Made by a program: the position numbers and the translations under genes
NCBI GenBank assembly: GCA_001179505.1
Contig: CDMY01000454.1
Span: 1 to 64,000, forward strand
Source: Vitrella brassicaformis CCMP3155
Lineage: Eukaryota > Protista > Chromerida
DNA length: 64,000 nucleotides
Reading direction: 5' to 3'
Notes under the pieces: model-generated
What the model was told of the DNA's origin: nothing
Seen by the model: the letters and a program-made list of their open reading frames with translations, nothing else
Database searches by the model: none
Shown here: piece by piece, positions 52,708 through 64,000 of the stretch
Layout: each line of letters opens with the position of its first letter
Position numbering within the stretch: the stretch's first letter is position 1

Positions 52708-54720
52708 ACAGAGCCATAGCCAGACGACCTCTGGGTGTGTCTTTTTGTCTCGCATCCGTCCTTTCCGCTGTGCGGGTGTGTCTGGCGGCCTCTCGTGCTC
52801 TACGAAGGATGACGTGCGTCGCATTTGACTTGCAAGACCTCATCTCGGGCGGCAGCGATTACATTCCGTTCGAAGTTTCGTCGGCGGTTCTTCTACCAGC
52901 CTGACGAGACCAAGAGAATACCCATGGGCCTCCAGCGCGGCATCCCATCGTATGATTACCCATTGGACTGCACAAGGTGCCCGACGGCCCAATTCCGCAG
53001 ACGCACTTCAACTGGGACGGCGTGTGCGACAAGAAGGGCTGTGGCGGCGGGAAGAAGTACTACATGCACGTGGAGCGAAAGCCCAACCACCCCGCCGAGT
53101 CAGACCCCTCCTCGCGCAAGGACGGGATGGGGCCCCGGAGCACCCTGGGCTGCACCGAGAACAGGGCGGATGACGGCCGGGACCTCATGGGCAGGTTGCA
53201 GGAGATGGTGCAGATGTTTGAGAGGGCCGAGCGGGAGGGGCTGAAGTACTTCGCGCGGCTCCGAGGGGTGAGTGAGGGAGGATAATTGTGTGTGTCCGTC
53301 CAAGTATCCATGTTTTGTCTTGTGTCGTGTTTCTCAGGCCTATCACTATCGGTCGTCTTCCTACTTGGAGTTCGAGGACCTGAGCGCCCACTCGACGCCC
53401 AACGACTGCATCGAGGGTCGGGGCGTTGCGTCGATGAGCAAGCATGAGGCCTCCCACTGGGTGCGGCAGCTGGTGGAGACCCACCAGGAGCTCAAGGCCA
53501 TGGACAGATTCTCCAAGTAGGGACCCATTGGACATGTTGACAGGCAGACACACACATCATGTCTGTCTGTGAATGAATGTGTGCAGCGACTTCGACCTGA
53601 GGAGCTACCTGGTTGACGAGGCCAATACGGTCAAGCTGGCGTGCATGAGGTGGCGTGTTGGAAAGCACTCCGTCGCCACAGAGAGGACACAGAAACCGCT
53701 CACTCACTCACCAAGGTAGGCTCACGCCGCCGTCTCGAGGCTCCTTCGCGCACCGTCAGCGATGCGGTGCATCCCCAAAGGCCAGAATGAGTCTAGCACG
53801 CAGACATTCTAGAGTAAGTACCGCTTGTCTTCCCTCCCGGCCTCCTCCCGGTGCCAGGATACGAACGCTACCCGACCATTCTACTCGTACGCCACACAAC
53901 ACACCGCACCACACCACACCACACACACATTCGTTGCGCATTGTCTGTTGTGTGTGTGTGTGTGTGTGTGTGTGTTTGGCATGTTGGCAGACGTATGAGT
54001 TTCCCGACGGCGAGCAGCTGAGCGTGCACGCCAACCTTGGCGCGCCCTTCAGGGGCGACAGTCGTGTGGGCTAATGCGGCGCTCGTGTAGATGTTCGTGC
54101 GATGCTTCATGGCGGTCAGTGAGACACTCAGCGAGCGAAACACACGACTAATGTGTGCTCTGTGTGTATGTGTGTAGGGTCGTACCAGCGTGACGACGGG
54201 TGAGAAGAACACCCTGATGTGGGGCGGTGTCCACCACAAGACCAACCTCGACCACGGTATGGGATCCAGGCGGCTGCACGTCACACCGTGATTCATGTGT
54301 TGGTGTGTGTGTGCATCCATCACACTAGGAGCGGCGCATGGATACCCCGACCAGGGCTACTTCTTTAACGCGACACGTCCGCTGCACGACACACTGACGG
54401 AGGCATGGCGCCACCCTCCTCGGTGATTGCCTGAATGTCGCGTGTGCAGACGAGCTCCATGGCCACGGTATCGTGCCCACACCGATGGAGCAGACCCTCC
54501 TCACTGGCGACACTCCTCCACTCGGCACAGCGCCATATGGGAGGCCACCGACGCTCAAGTGGTCACCTCACTGACCACACACACATCACATCATCCAGTG
54601 AGTGTCAATTGGTTGCATTGATGGATGTGTGCGCAGCGTGCAAGGGCCCCCGTCTCCGGCTGACCTGCTGGTTGACGACGACGCCGATCTGGAGGAGCGT
54701 CTCAGGTGCTGGTGCTGCTG
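52708..54720 (+). pseudogene. Family D copy D2, tandem duplicate of D1 with further 3' exons; end approximate
   Basis: 52708 onward matches 50628 onward; frameshifting deletion near 52955-52970; 53535-54181 appears identical to 51761-52407. Confidence 0.5.
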
Positions 54721-55629
54721 CTGAGTTAAGTGAGGGAGTGACTGCTGGATAGGTTGGGGGGTTAGCCCACAATATAGGATTCAGTCTTTCATCGCTTCCT
54801 ACATCTTATATTTCGTTGGAGAGTGTTCCGCCATCAGCGTCACAACTTTCCCGGTGGAACAAATGACTTTTCATCAAACATGTGTTCCAATTGTCATATG
54901 TGACATGTATGTTTGATCAATGATGTATGTGTCACGGGCTGCCTCTCCTCGGTAGTTTGAACGCACACACACCCTTGCACCGGCCATTTTTGCACATACA
55001 TGTAGGTTGCAGCTGCCTGAGTCAGGCACTCGTGTAAGGGCCGCTCTGGAAGGTTCCGTGCAGCACACGTTGGATGGATGCGTGAGTGTGAGTAAAATTC
55101 AAAAGGGAGAGAACAGCGAGCTGAAATGGATGCGCGGGTCCTATGCATGGCAATAGATATGCTGTGTTCGTCTTCGTTTGTGGGCAGCTTGGCAGGCAAG
55201 TCTTATTGCTGTCTGGCTGGGGGGTGTGGTGTTTGTATTGGGAGAGGCGTGTGTGGCGATCGGCTGGCTGCATGCTGAATGCCTCCCTCCCTGGAATTTT
55301 GTACGTGTACTCGCTGCCTCGTGTGACCTGATGACCGGTGTGAAGGACTCTGCCGCGGACATTAACGAGCTAATGCGGTGAGCTTTATGCGGTGAGCTTT
55401 TGCAAGTGTCAATCCCAATAAGCCAACCAAATGTCTGCTTGTCATCCCTACAACGTATTGTGCAGAGACGCTATTAACAGCCCTCTCCTGCACTGATGGC
55501 AACTAGATACAGCAGCCGAGGCAGCAGCCGTCCGTGACAGCTTATGTATTACATGATCGATCACACACAGGCGACGTGCGTGTCGCGGCAACCGGGCGGC
55601 TTGTGTGTCACACCCTGTCTCTCACTCAC

Positions 55630-58280
55630 CTATGTCGCAGCATTGCGCCGCCGAACGCACAGCTTGCGGTCGTCGAGGCTGAGCGTGTATGGTCCTCCGC
55701 TGAGGTTGAAGCCCGCCTGCTGAGGCATGAAACGCCGCCGAAACTCGACCACCAGCTGTTCGTCATCAATTATATGCACAACGGTGCTCTTGTGGTCCTC
55801 TTATTCAGTCAGCTCAGCACATCCACATTGCCAACCAGGAAGTATCTGGATGTGTCCGGTGTGGAAGTACAGCGCACCGTGAGTTTTCCCATAAATGAGG
55901 CGACCATGGCGATCACATGGTAATAGAATAGGTCGAAGTCGAATTCGTCATCCTCCACATTACCTGGAGTGAACACACACAAACATGGCCATACACAGAT
56001 TCCACGCCCCTACGGCTGACTCCCCCCTCACCAAACACATTGACAGTCACTTCCCCTATCGATGGGATGTCGTACGACGGGCCCCACATACAAGGGCTGT
56101 CATGAGTGTCCGGAGCCGCCGTGAGCTCGGCTGTCGACAGGTTTAGTTCTATGTCCAGGGTTTTCTCCACCTTATTGCTGACCAGCACCGTCTGCAGCTG
56201 CTCGAGGAAACGCCATACCTCATCAGCAGGCCATTCCAGGGGGTGAAAGTATTCATCATCTCCTGCCTTGACGAACGACAGGCTGGGCATGTTGGAGGCG
56301 ATCTCGACTGCGCGTGACACGTTGGCCTCATCGTCGAGGGCATCATTGAAGAGCTGCAGAGTATCCGCGTCAGGGAATGTGTTGTCACTGATTGCTGCAG
56401 GGATGGCCTCGGTACTCCCGCAGTAGGCAACGGTGTGGGCGACCTTGGCGAATCCGTCAATGATCTTCTGCATGGTGGGACTGCCGCTGCTGCGGCTGCG
56501 GGAGACGAGCTCCACGGCGATCTTCCCGCATTGAAGCTGACCAAGGTCCTCCGATATCGCTGCAGGATGCGCGACAGCGTCACTGCAGAAAACAATGACA
56601 CAGAAAGTCATACTGGCGATGTGATCTTCCCTGTCTTTGTGCCCCCACATGAATTGTGCCGTCTCCCGCAATTTTTCCCGGTATGGGGCTGCATCCCACA
56701 GAGAATCACCTATGTCGATCCCGAGTTCGCGAATGGACCGGCTGACGCCCCTCGCCACCATCACCTCACGCAGCCTGTCGATCTCGGCGTGGGAGACATA
56801 CTCATCCATCCGGATGCCGCGCAGTGTGCGAAGGGCTTTCAGCGACTTCCCGTCGGCGGGCAGCCCTCTTAGCGCATCGGCCATCTGGTCAGCGTCCCAG
56901 CGGACATTGTCCAGCACTTCTATGGCTTCACAATCGGTCAGCCATGTCTCCCCGGCATCCACGTCGCACGGAGACGCGTCGATGATGATCGTCTTGACTG
57001 CGGGTGCATACCATTTCCGGCCTAGACGAGCCGACAGATACTCCCAAGGCGTGTTGTCGATCGTCTTGAGTGCCGGCAAGTGGACGAGGGCGGTGGGGAT
57101 AGGGGGCAGGTCAGATGTGGGGTCGAGGTCGGGGTCGTAAATGCTGTCAGCGACCACGATGCTATCGTCGAGGTCGACGGCCTCGAATGACAGCACCTCC
57201 AGTGTGCCCTCGTCAGCCGACTGATTCCCTTGCCCTGCCACCGCCGGAGCAGCCGCTGTCCCCTGCCCTCCGTCCCTCTCTCGTCTCTTCTTCTCTGCGA
57301 TGGCCGCCCGCCCGATGGCGTGTCCCTCCACCAGTGCCACCCAGGTCCCGCGACGCCAGACCATGATGGTCCATCCGGGATGGCGGTGTTTGATCTCTCG
57401 CACGTTGGTCGCCCTCTCGCCCCAGTTGTGTGCCACGGCCAGCGGCATGGTCTCCCACATGCGCCGCGCCGTGTCGTCCTTACAGTCGATGACCAGGTGG
57501 GTGTAGTTGGCGGCCGACTGATGGAAGAGGGGCGTGCCGAGACGCCGGCGGTGGCGCGTCAGCTCCCAGTGCTGCAGGTGGCCGAACACGTTGGCCAACT
57601 CGTCACGCGACAGCCGACGACGGGCCTGAAGTGACAATTAACATGACATCAAATAAGGTCAAGATGCTTTAGATGTATCAGATCTGTCATGGTGTCGGCC
57701 TGACCGGCCCTTGGTGGTTGACAGGTGGAGCGTTGCCGCTTTGATGGATCAGACGATAGGACGGACCACTGGCCCCAGGCGCCTGCAATGCAATAAGACA
57801 ACATGACAGCCACAACAACGCAGAGGGCGGATCCATGGTCAGCTGCCGATGGATGGCCACCCACCTCACCCCACTGTGGCTCTGTGTGTGCCGCCCCCGA
57901 TGCGGCAGCGGCCTCGGTGGTCGACGTGTGTGCATCTACAGCTACAGCACTTGTGAGGCTGGGCTCTCTCTGCTGGAGCTTCTTGGGAAGAGTATCCAGG
58001 AGGCAGGCCACGGAATCCAGCTGATAACTCAACGCCAACCCCACTGGCGACGATGCCTGAAAGCAGCCAGGAAAGGCCCCTCTGGCATGGACGCCTCAGT
58101 CAATGAGCTTACCTGTGCGGTGATGGCGGCTTGGTCTTGGTCGAGGAGGCGTGATAAGCCATCCCTCACAGCACGGGCATTCGCAACCAACTGGCAACAG
58201 AAATGCACAGTCACTGTGGAATGCCCTTTCCTCCGCTGCAATTCCGTGCGCGTGCATCTCACCTCCTTATTGGGGTCCAT
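55630..58280 (-). CDS. Family A copy A5: apparently intact F-box-like + LRR-like protein
   Basis: ATG 58280 (MDPNKE|gt); no stop or frameshift seen in any inferred exon; last exon DHKST...RRRNAAT*; the donor after TEPQ lacks a G but an in-frame alternative (GAG|gtgggt) lies 9 nt downstream. Confidence 0.7.
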
Positions 58281-58707
58281 GGAATCAGCCTCGGAAATCA
58301 ACCGCGTGTTTGTGCAGAGGGAGTTCGCTATCGTCAAGACGGGGGGGGATGGGGGCTGAAAGATCGCGCGCGTTGGTTTGGTTTCGGTTGAGACCCGAGT
58401 CTTTGGCGTGCGCATCACCAACGCGTCTCCGTCAGCCATCCACAGAATGGGCTCCGGCCTTTCATCCATCTCGCTGCGGCTACCCAAGGCGGCTGGAAGA
58501 CGTTGTGCCAGAGACGATGAGGCCACTGAGAGGTGGGCAAGACGACAGTGTGCAAACACACAGGCGTAAGCAGCATGTGCACTGGCGCTAATTTGGGCTT
58601 CTTCCTCCGCCTTCCTGCGCAGCGTCCCGGGCAGGCAGGATGGCTCTTTGCAGATTCCGTCGGCAGAGGAGGGCAAGCCAAAGGCGACTCTTGACCAGCA
58701 AGGGACC

Positions 58708-61700
58708 ATGGCGAGCAGCGGGCCTCGCCGCAAGAGCGTGACGGTGCCTGTGGTGGAGGGCGACTCTACCGTGAGATTTCAGGAGGTACCAAAGAAAGGA
58801 TGCACTTTGGCATGAATGGCTGCATGGCCTGGCAATACATTCATGTGTGTAGGTCACGCTGCCCACGACGCGTACTCTACTTCAGTTGCGTATCGAGAAG
58901 GTGCCGAATTGCACCATCCCCATCCATCCATACTCCAACGTGAGCAAGATATGGAGCGTCGCTGTAGCCATCCTGCTGAGTGAGTGAGGGAGGGAGAGAA
59001 GAGGAGTGGATGTGCACAGACCACATGCACCGACACAAACATGCCATGTGTCTCCTATGCGTGTGCGCGCGTCAGTGTATACGGCGTCGGTCATGCCTTA
59101 TCGGATCTGTTTCCTCGAGATCACCAAGAGGGGCGATTTCAGCAACCCATGGACGACGATTGAGATTATCGTTGACGTGGGATTCTTCACCGACGTCATA
59201 ATGAACTTTAATACAGGGTGGGCGCTTACGTTAAAAGTTCATTCATTCCACCCTCGCCCGGAAAGAGAGGAATGGACGTACTTACATTTGTCGACGTGCT
59301 GATGTGTCTGCAGGTATTTTGATAGCGAAGGGAATGCTGTCATGGACAGCAGAGAGATCGCCAAGAACTATGCCATGACATGGTATGAAATGCGCCTCAC
59401 AAAGACAAGCGTGGGAAGTCATGTCTCTCCGCCTGTAGGTTCCTCCCTGATCTCATTGCGTGTCTGCCGTTCACTTGGCTGTCGGGGTCTGGCGAGTCGG
59501 AAGACACCAAGGAATTCGACTGGAACAAACTCGCACGGTGACCGCCCCACGTATGCGCTTTGCCATCGTGTGAGACGTCTTCTCTATGATCTTCTCTGCA
59601 GGCTGGGTGTTCTGAATCGTGTCTTTCGAATGCTGAAAATCCTCCGCCTCTTCAGGCTTGTCAAGGTGATGCAGAGCCCATACGAAGCGACAATGCTGTC
59701 TGTCCACTTCATTTAACGCGTCTTGTTCCTGACCAGGTGCTAAAGATATTCAAGAAAATCGAAGACATCACTGCAGGCGCCACCATGGAACAAGCCAGAC
59801 TTTTTGGATTTCTCAAGTTTTTATGTGGGATGCTGGTCTTCGTTCACGTCATCGGTTGCTTCTGGTACTTCTCGGTCGGTGAGGGAGTATACATTCCTGA
59901 GAGCATCTTCACTGCTGTGTGGCTTTGCACGGTGCCCCAGGCTCGTCTTGCGAATTTTCACGATGACACGTGGGTGGTGCGCCACTTTTCTCAGGGCATT
60001 ATCGGCAATGAGGAGGCGCACAAGGAGTTCTCACTGGCGTCAAAGTACCTCGCGTCAATCTACTTCGTAAACAGACAGAAGGGACACTGAGTGTCTGATG
60101 GCCCGGACAATGTGGGCGCGTGCGCGCCTGTAGGTGTTGGCCACGCTGACCACCATCGGGTTTGCCGATATAATCCCCTTCACGAATGCGGAATACTGCT
60201 TCGTCTTTGCTTTGATGTGCACTGGGGTGGGTGAGACACAAGGGCTATCGACAGACAGAGACACGCATGTACGCTGTGTGTCCTCCCTGCACAGGTCGCC
60301 TTCTACACGACCTCCATCTCGACCCTCACCAATGTCCTCTTCTCCAGAGACGCGAGGCAGCAAGCTCTTAAGGAGAAGTGAAGACACACACACAATCAGC
60401 CAGCTAAGCGTATTTTTGCATCATTTAAGTGTCTGTCCTTGAATGTGTTTTCCTGAAGGCAGTTGGTGCTCAAGACCTTCGCCTCTGAGACACGACTGCC
60501 ACGTGACACATACCAGGAGCTCAACCGAAACCTCGAGCACCTCACGGTCAGTCAGTGGGACACTCGCTGCATTGGGCGGCATTGCGTGGAAGTGGCTTGC
60601 CCGTTTATTGTTCTGTGATACAGCACAAAGGGATGACCTCGGACATCCGTCGGGCCTATAACGCCCTAATGCAGGAGTTTCCCATCCGTGACCGATACAG
60701 GATGGCCTGTGCCATGCACCAAGGCAAGCACACCAGCACGTGCAGATGCATGCGGATCACCCCAACGCAGAATAGTGGGAGAGAGTGTGTGTGTGTGTGT
60801 GTGTCAGGTCGGCACATGGAGATTCCCTTCTTCGCTGACCGCAAGGACGACGAGCTGTCTATTGCCATGGTAAGGAGAGTGAACCAGGGAATGGGATACA
60901 CACACATCCGGTCAGTGTTCCTTGTATGACGACTGACTGATAGGTGGCCCCTCGTCTCCGTCTGGTTCAGTTCCTTCCAATGGAGATCATCTACCACAGA
61001 GGGGACCACCCTGGTCAGCTTGCCAACGCCTCAGCTCTTGTTCACAAGCTTGTTCACAAGCCTAATCGCGCGTTCTGTGCTGTCATTTTGCATGTGTCTC
61101 TTCCTCAGTGAATTGTTACTTCCTCTGCAAGGGCACGGTGGGCTATCTGAGCGGCGGCGAGTGGGGACACTTTCCTTACCAGCTGCTGCCAGTAAGAGGG
61201 GGAGAGAAGAATGCATGGAGCACCATAGCGACACTGAATGGTGTGCGTCCCGGCTGACTCACTCAGCACGGATCGTATTTTGGTGAGAGTGAGATCATGG
61301 TCCCGGCCAAGAGACAGTACACGGTCAGAGCGGAAACCAAATCCGAGTGCCTCGTCATCTCAAAAAAGGTACACAGACATTCCATCCTCTATACTTTGAT
61401 GTACTTCGTGGCATTGCTTGTGGATCCTGTCCTGCAGGATCTCTTCACGGTTTTTCTTGAGTTTCCTGAAATCGCCGCTGAGCTCCGTGAGACGGCATTG
61501 GCGAGGGAGGAGAAGGCAAGAAAACGATCGATGCTTACGAGAAGGTGACACTGCATGTCTGCTGAAGACTCGCATCCCAGGACGATTTACTTTGTTTGTC
61601 TCCTTCTTAGGGCCCCGCGTAGCCCATCCCGCAAGAGGACGATGGAGCGGCGGTCGCAGTCGTGCCTCGACATCGGCTATGAGAGCTCGTCTCTCTTCCT

Positions 61701-63244
61701 GGAGAGCCCCCCCGGTCCCCTGTCAGCCGTCTCGCCTGTGGCAAAAAGGCAGGAGGAGCCGCGGACAGTACCAGTCAAGCTCAGGCAGAAGAGCGCCACT
61801 GAGGACCTGACGAGCTCGGCCTCGTCCAGTGCGGTTGCCACTGCTGACACCGATGGGGACCCGGTGCTCAGTAAGAGTGCGGTGGAGACCGGGAAGGAGA
61901 TGGAGGGACCTGGGCAGAGGTAAGAATAGATAGACAGGAATGTGGTCAAGGCCAATCCGTGTCTCGACTGTTGGTGGCTTCCAATCAGGTCCACCATCCG
62001 CACTGTGTCCTTCACTCCCGGCGACACGCAAGCACCAAGCCGTCCGGCCGGCCGTCAGAAGCAAGAGGCCCCCCTGCACAGCAGCCCTCCTCCCATGCTC
62101 ACCGGCACGTCCGCTCATCCCCCCACACCCTGCAATGAGCAGGACGGAGACACCACCCCTTTGTGGGTGCAGGAGCTCGTCACGAGTGCCGTCATAGAGC
62201 AGACTGATGCTGATGCTCCCGTGCCTTGTGCCGACAGGCAGGAGACACAGTTCTTGTGTGGCGGGTCGTCTCATGCGCATCTTGTCGAGGTGCCCACGAG
62301 GGCGCCCACTGTTGAGGACGTGCCGGTGTTGCACAGCGAACCGGTCACGGGGCGGGCTGGGTCGATGGCTGGTGCTCAAATGGCGGGTATGTTCAAATGG
62401 GAAGGAGCGCGGACCACCAATCCCCTGTTTCGGAGCTTCCATCAATCCGCCGACGAGTCCCGGCGGTAAGGCACTGCTGTCTCTCTCTGTGTGCGTGTTC
62501 ATGTGTCTTTGTCTGTGTGTCTGTCTGTGTCTGTCTGTGTGTCTAGTGGTTCTGCCAGCGACTTGCAGCTGGGTGCTCTGCATCCTCCTGTCCTTCCGCA
62601 GAGTGTGTCTGAGAGACTCGTCAAGTATGACAACAATGCTGGAGCGAGCAGTGACCTGGCGTCTCCATCGAGGGCTGGTGTGCCGACATCGACGGCCATA
62701 CTGGCGGGATGCACGGCGTCACTCAAGATCATCCAGGAGGTGAGCGACCACAGCAGTGGATGCACTGCACACATCCGATGAGGCGTCCGTCATGTCTCAT
62801 CGGATGTGGTCATGTCTCCTATGGGGTGTGTGGGTGTGATGGATCCATTTGTTCCCTGATGCAGGAGTGCGACAGAGTGCGGAAGGCCTTGGATGACAAG
62901 GCGGCTACGCATACGGGGGGTGGTGATGCTCTGGGGATGGCTGACGTACTAGCCAGACTGACCAACATCGAGGCACAGGTGTGCAAGAGAGGATGCATCG
63001 CATCCAACGCATGATATCATGCACGGGCAGGGGTGTGTGTGTGGGTGCGCATTTGTGTAGATTCGGGTGGCCTCGTCGTGGCAGAAGGCCTTCACCGAAT
63101 CGCAGGTGAGTCAGTCGAAACTGGGGCAGCGTACGTGCGCAGGGTGTGCTAAGTGTGTCTCTCTGGCAGATCGAGGTCATTAATTTCCTGAAGGGATTAG
63201 ACTTCAACTTGCAGATGATCTTGGCAGTAGTCAATAGAGACTGA
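58708..63244 (+). CDS. Voltage-gated, cyclic-nucleotide-binding-domain cation channel (KCNH/HCN/CNG superfamily), multi-exon
   Basis: IHPYS...W S1, DVIMNFNTG, S4 RVFRMLKILRLFRLVK, HVIGCFWY S5, YLASIYF-TLTTIGFAD pore, CNBD YFLCKGTV / YFGE / RQYTVRA, C-terminal coiled coil. Confidence 0.92.
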
Positions 63245-64000
63245 CTAGCTATTTCGTGGGTGTGACTGGGTGTGTTGTGTGATGCTTCCCGCATAGACAG
63301 ACAGATGTCTTTATGTGTGTACTGTACTGCACTCCCCGAGGCCGCCCGGCGCTGCCATCATTTTGGCTGTGCATGGTCGACGGTGCGTTATAGACAGTTC
63401 TCCCAGAATGCCATGGCATGAGGATGATGCATATTGAATTAAGCGTCGCGAGGCCAACATGCATGTGGGTCAGCACATCCAATTGTCTCATCTGCCGGCA
63501 GCTCGTTCATGACCACCTGGTTGCCGTCTCTGCGCTCCCATTGGCAACGGTTCTAGATCTACGCATCAACGCGCAGACCTAGAAAGGTCACCAAGAGGAG
63601 CGTCACGGTACCAGGCAGTCTGATGAAAGCCGCCCGTCCATCATCCAATTATCCGACCGTTGCATAGCTTGACGAAAGAAAAAACATGACCATGTACACC
63701 ACACACTCCACACCCACTCCGCCACACGCCGCCCTCTCTCTTCTCGCTGGCTGGCTGGCTCGCTGCATTGCATGGTTGCGATGGATGCACTTACAAGACC
63801 AGCCGGCAAAACTCGCGTGCATCCATCCATCCATCAGCCGCCCACCCATGTGTGTGTATCCGTGTGTGTGTGAGATCAGAGGTTGACGAGCAGGTACGAA
63901 TGGCCATATCGCGGGAACATCATGGGAGGACCTGCAACAAAACAAACGCAACGAACCAGGCACAGATGACGACCGACGGACCGACCGACCGAATGATTCA

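Noticed and set aside
55913-57637. 574-aa single-exon ORF as the A5 product
   Set aside because: It reads through a 66-nt intron (56583-56648) and into the next intron; paralogs define the splice sites
63870-63935. Possible last exon of a minus-strand gene starting beyond the window (PPMMFPRYGHSYLLVNL*)
   Set aside because: Too short and the frame cannot be fixed without upstream sequence

Overview
Eukaryotic, GC-rich, intron-dense genomic DNA with GT-AG introns full of (CA)n/(TG)n, (GACA)n and (GGAT)n microsatellites. The style and lineage-specific gene families suggest a chromerid alveolate such as Vitrella brassicaformis (inference, not verified). Recognisable genes: a gammaproteobacterial-type RsmF rRNA m5C methyltransferase with a probable bipartite plastid leader, a TBC Rab-GAP, a bacterial-type FAD-dependent oxidoreductase, a stand-alone CaMKII hub domain, an SLC16-like MFS transporter, a Zn-dependent MDR dehydrogenase, a membrane protein, and a CNBD cation channel with a non-canonical TIGFAD filter. 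These are interleaved with a heavily duplicated accessory layer: five mosaic copies of an F-box-like/LRR-like gene (four disabled, one apparently intact), two copies of a second intronless F-box-like membrane gene, two copies of a poly-Ile gene, two copies of a Cys/Tyr/Lys-rich wall-like protein with modular exons, and a tandem pair of pseudokinase-like genes across an N gap. Main leads: the recombining F-box-like repertoire, and introns with AC-rich 5' halves and complementary UG-rich 3' halves. Exon models were read by eye and coordinates of poorly conserved ends are approximate. No CRISPR, rRNA, tRNA or transposase was recognised.
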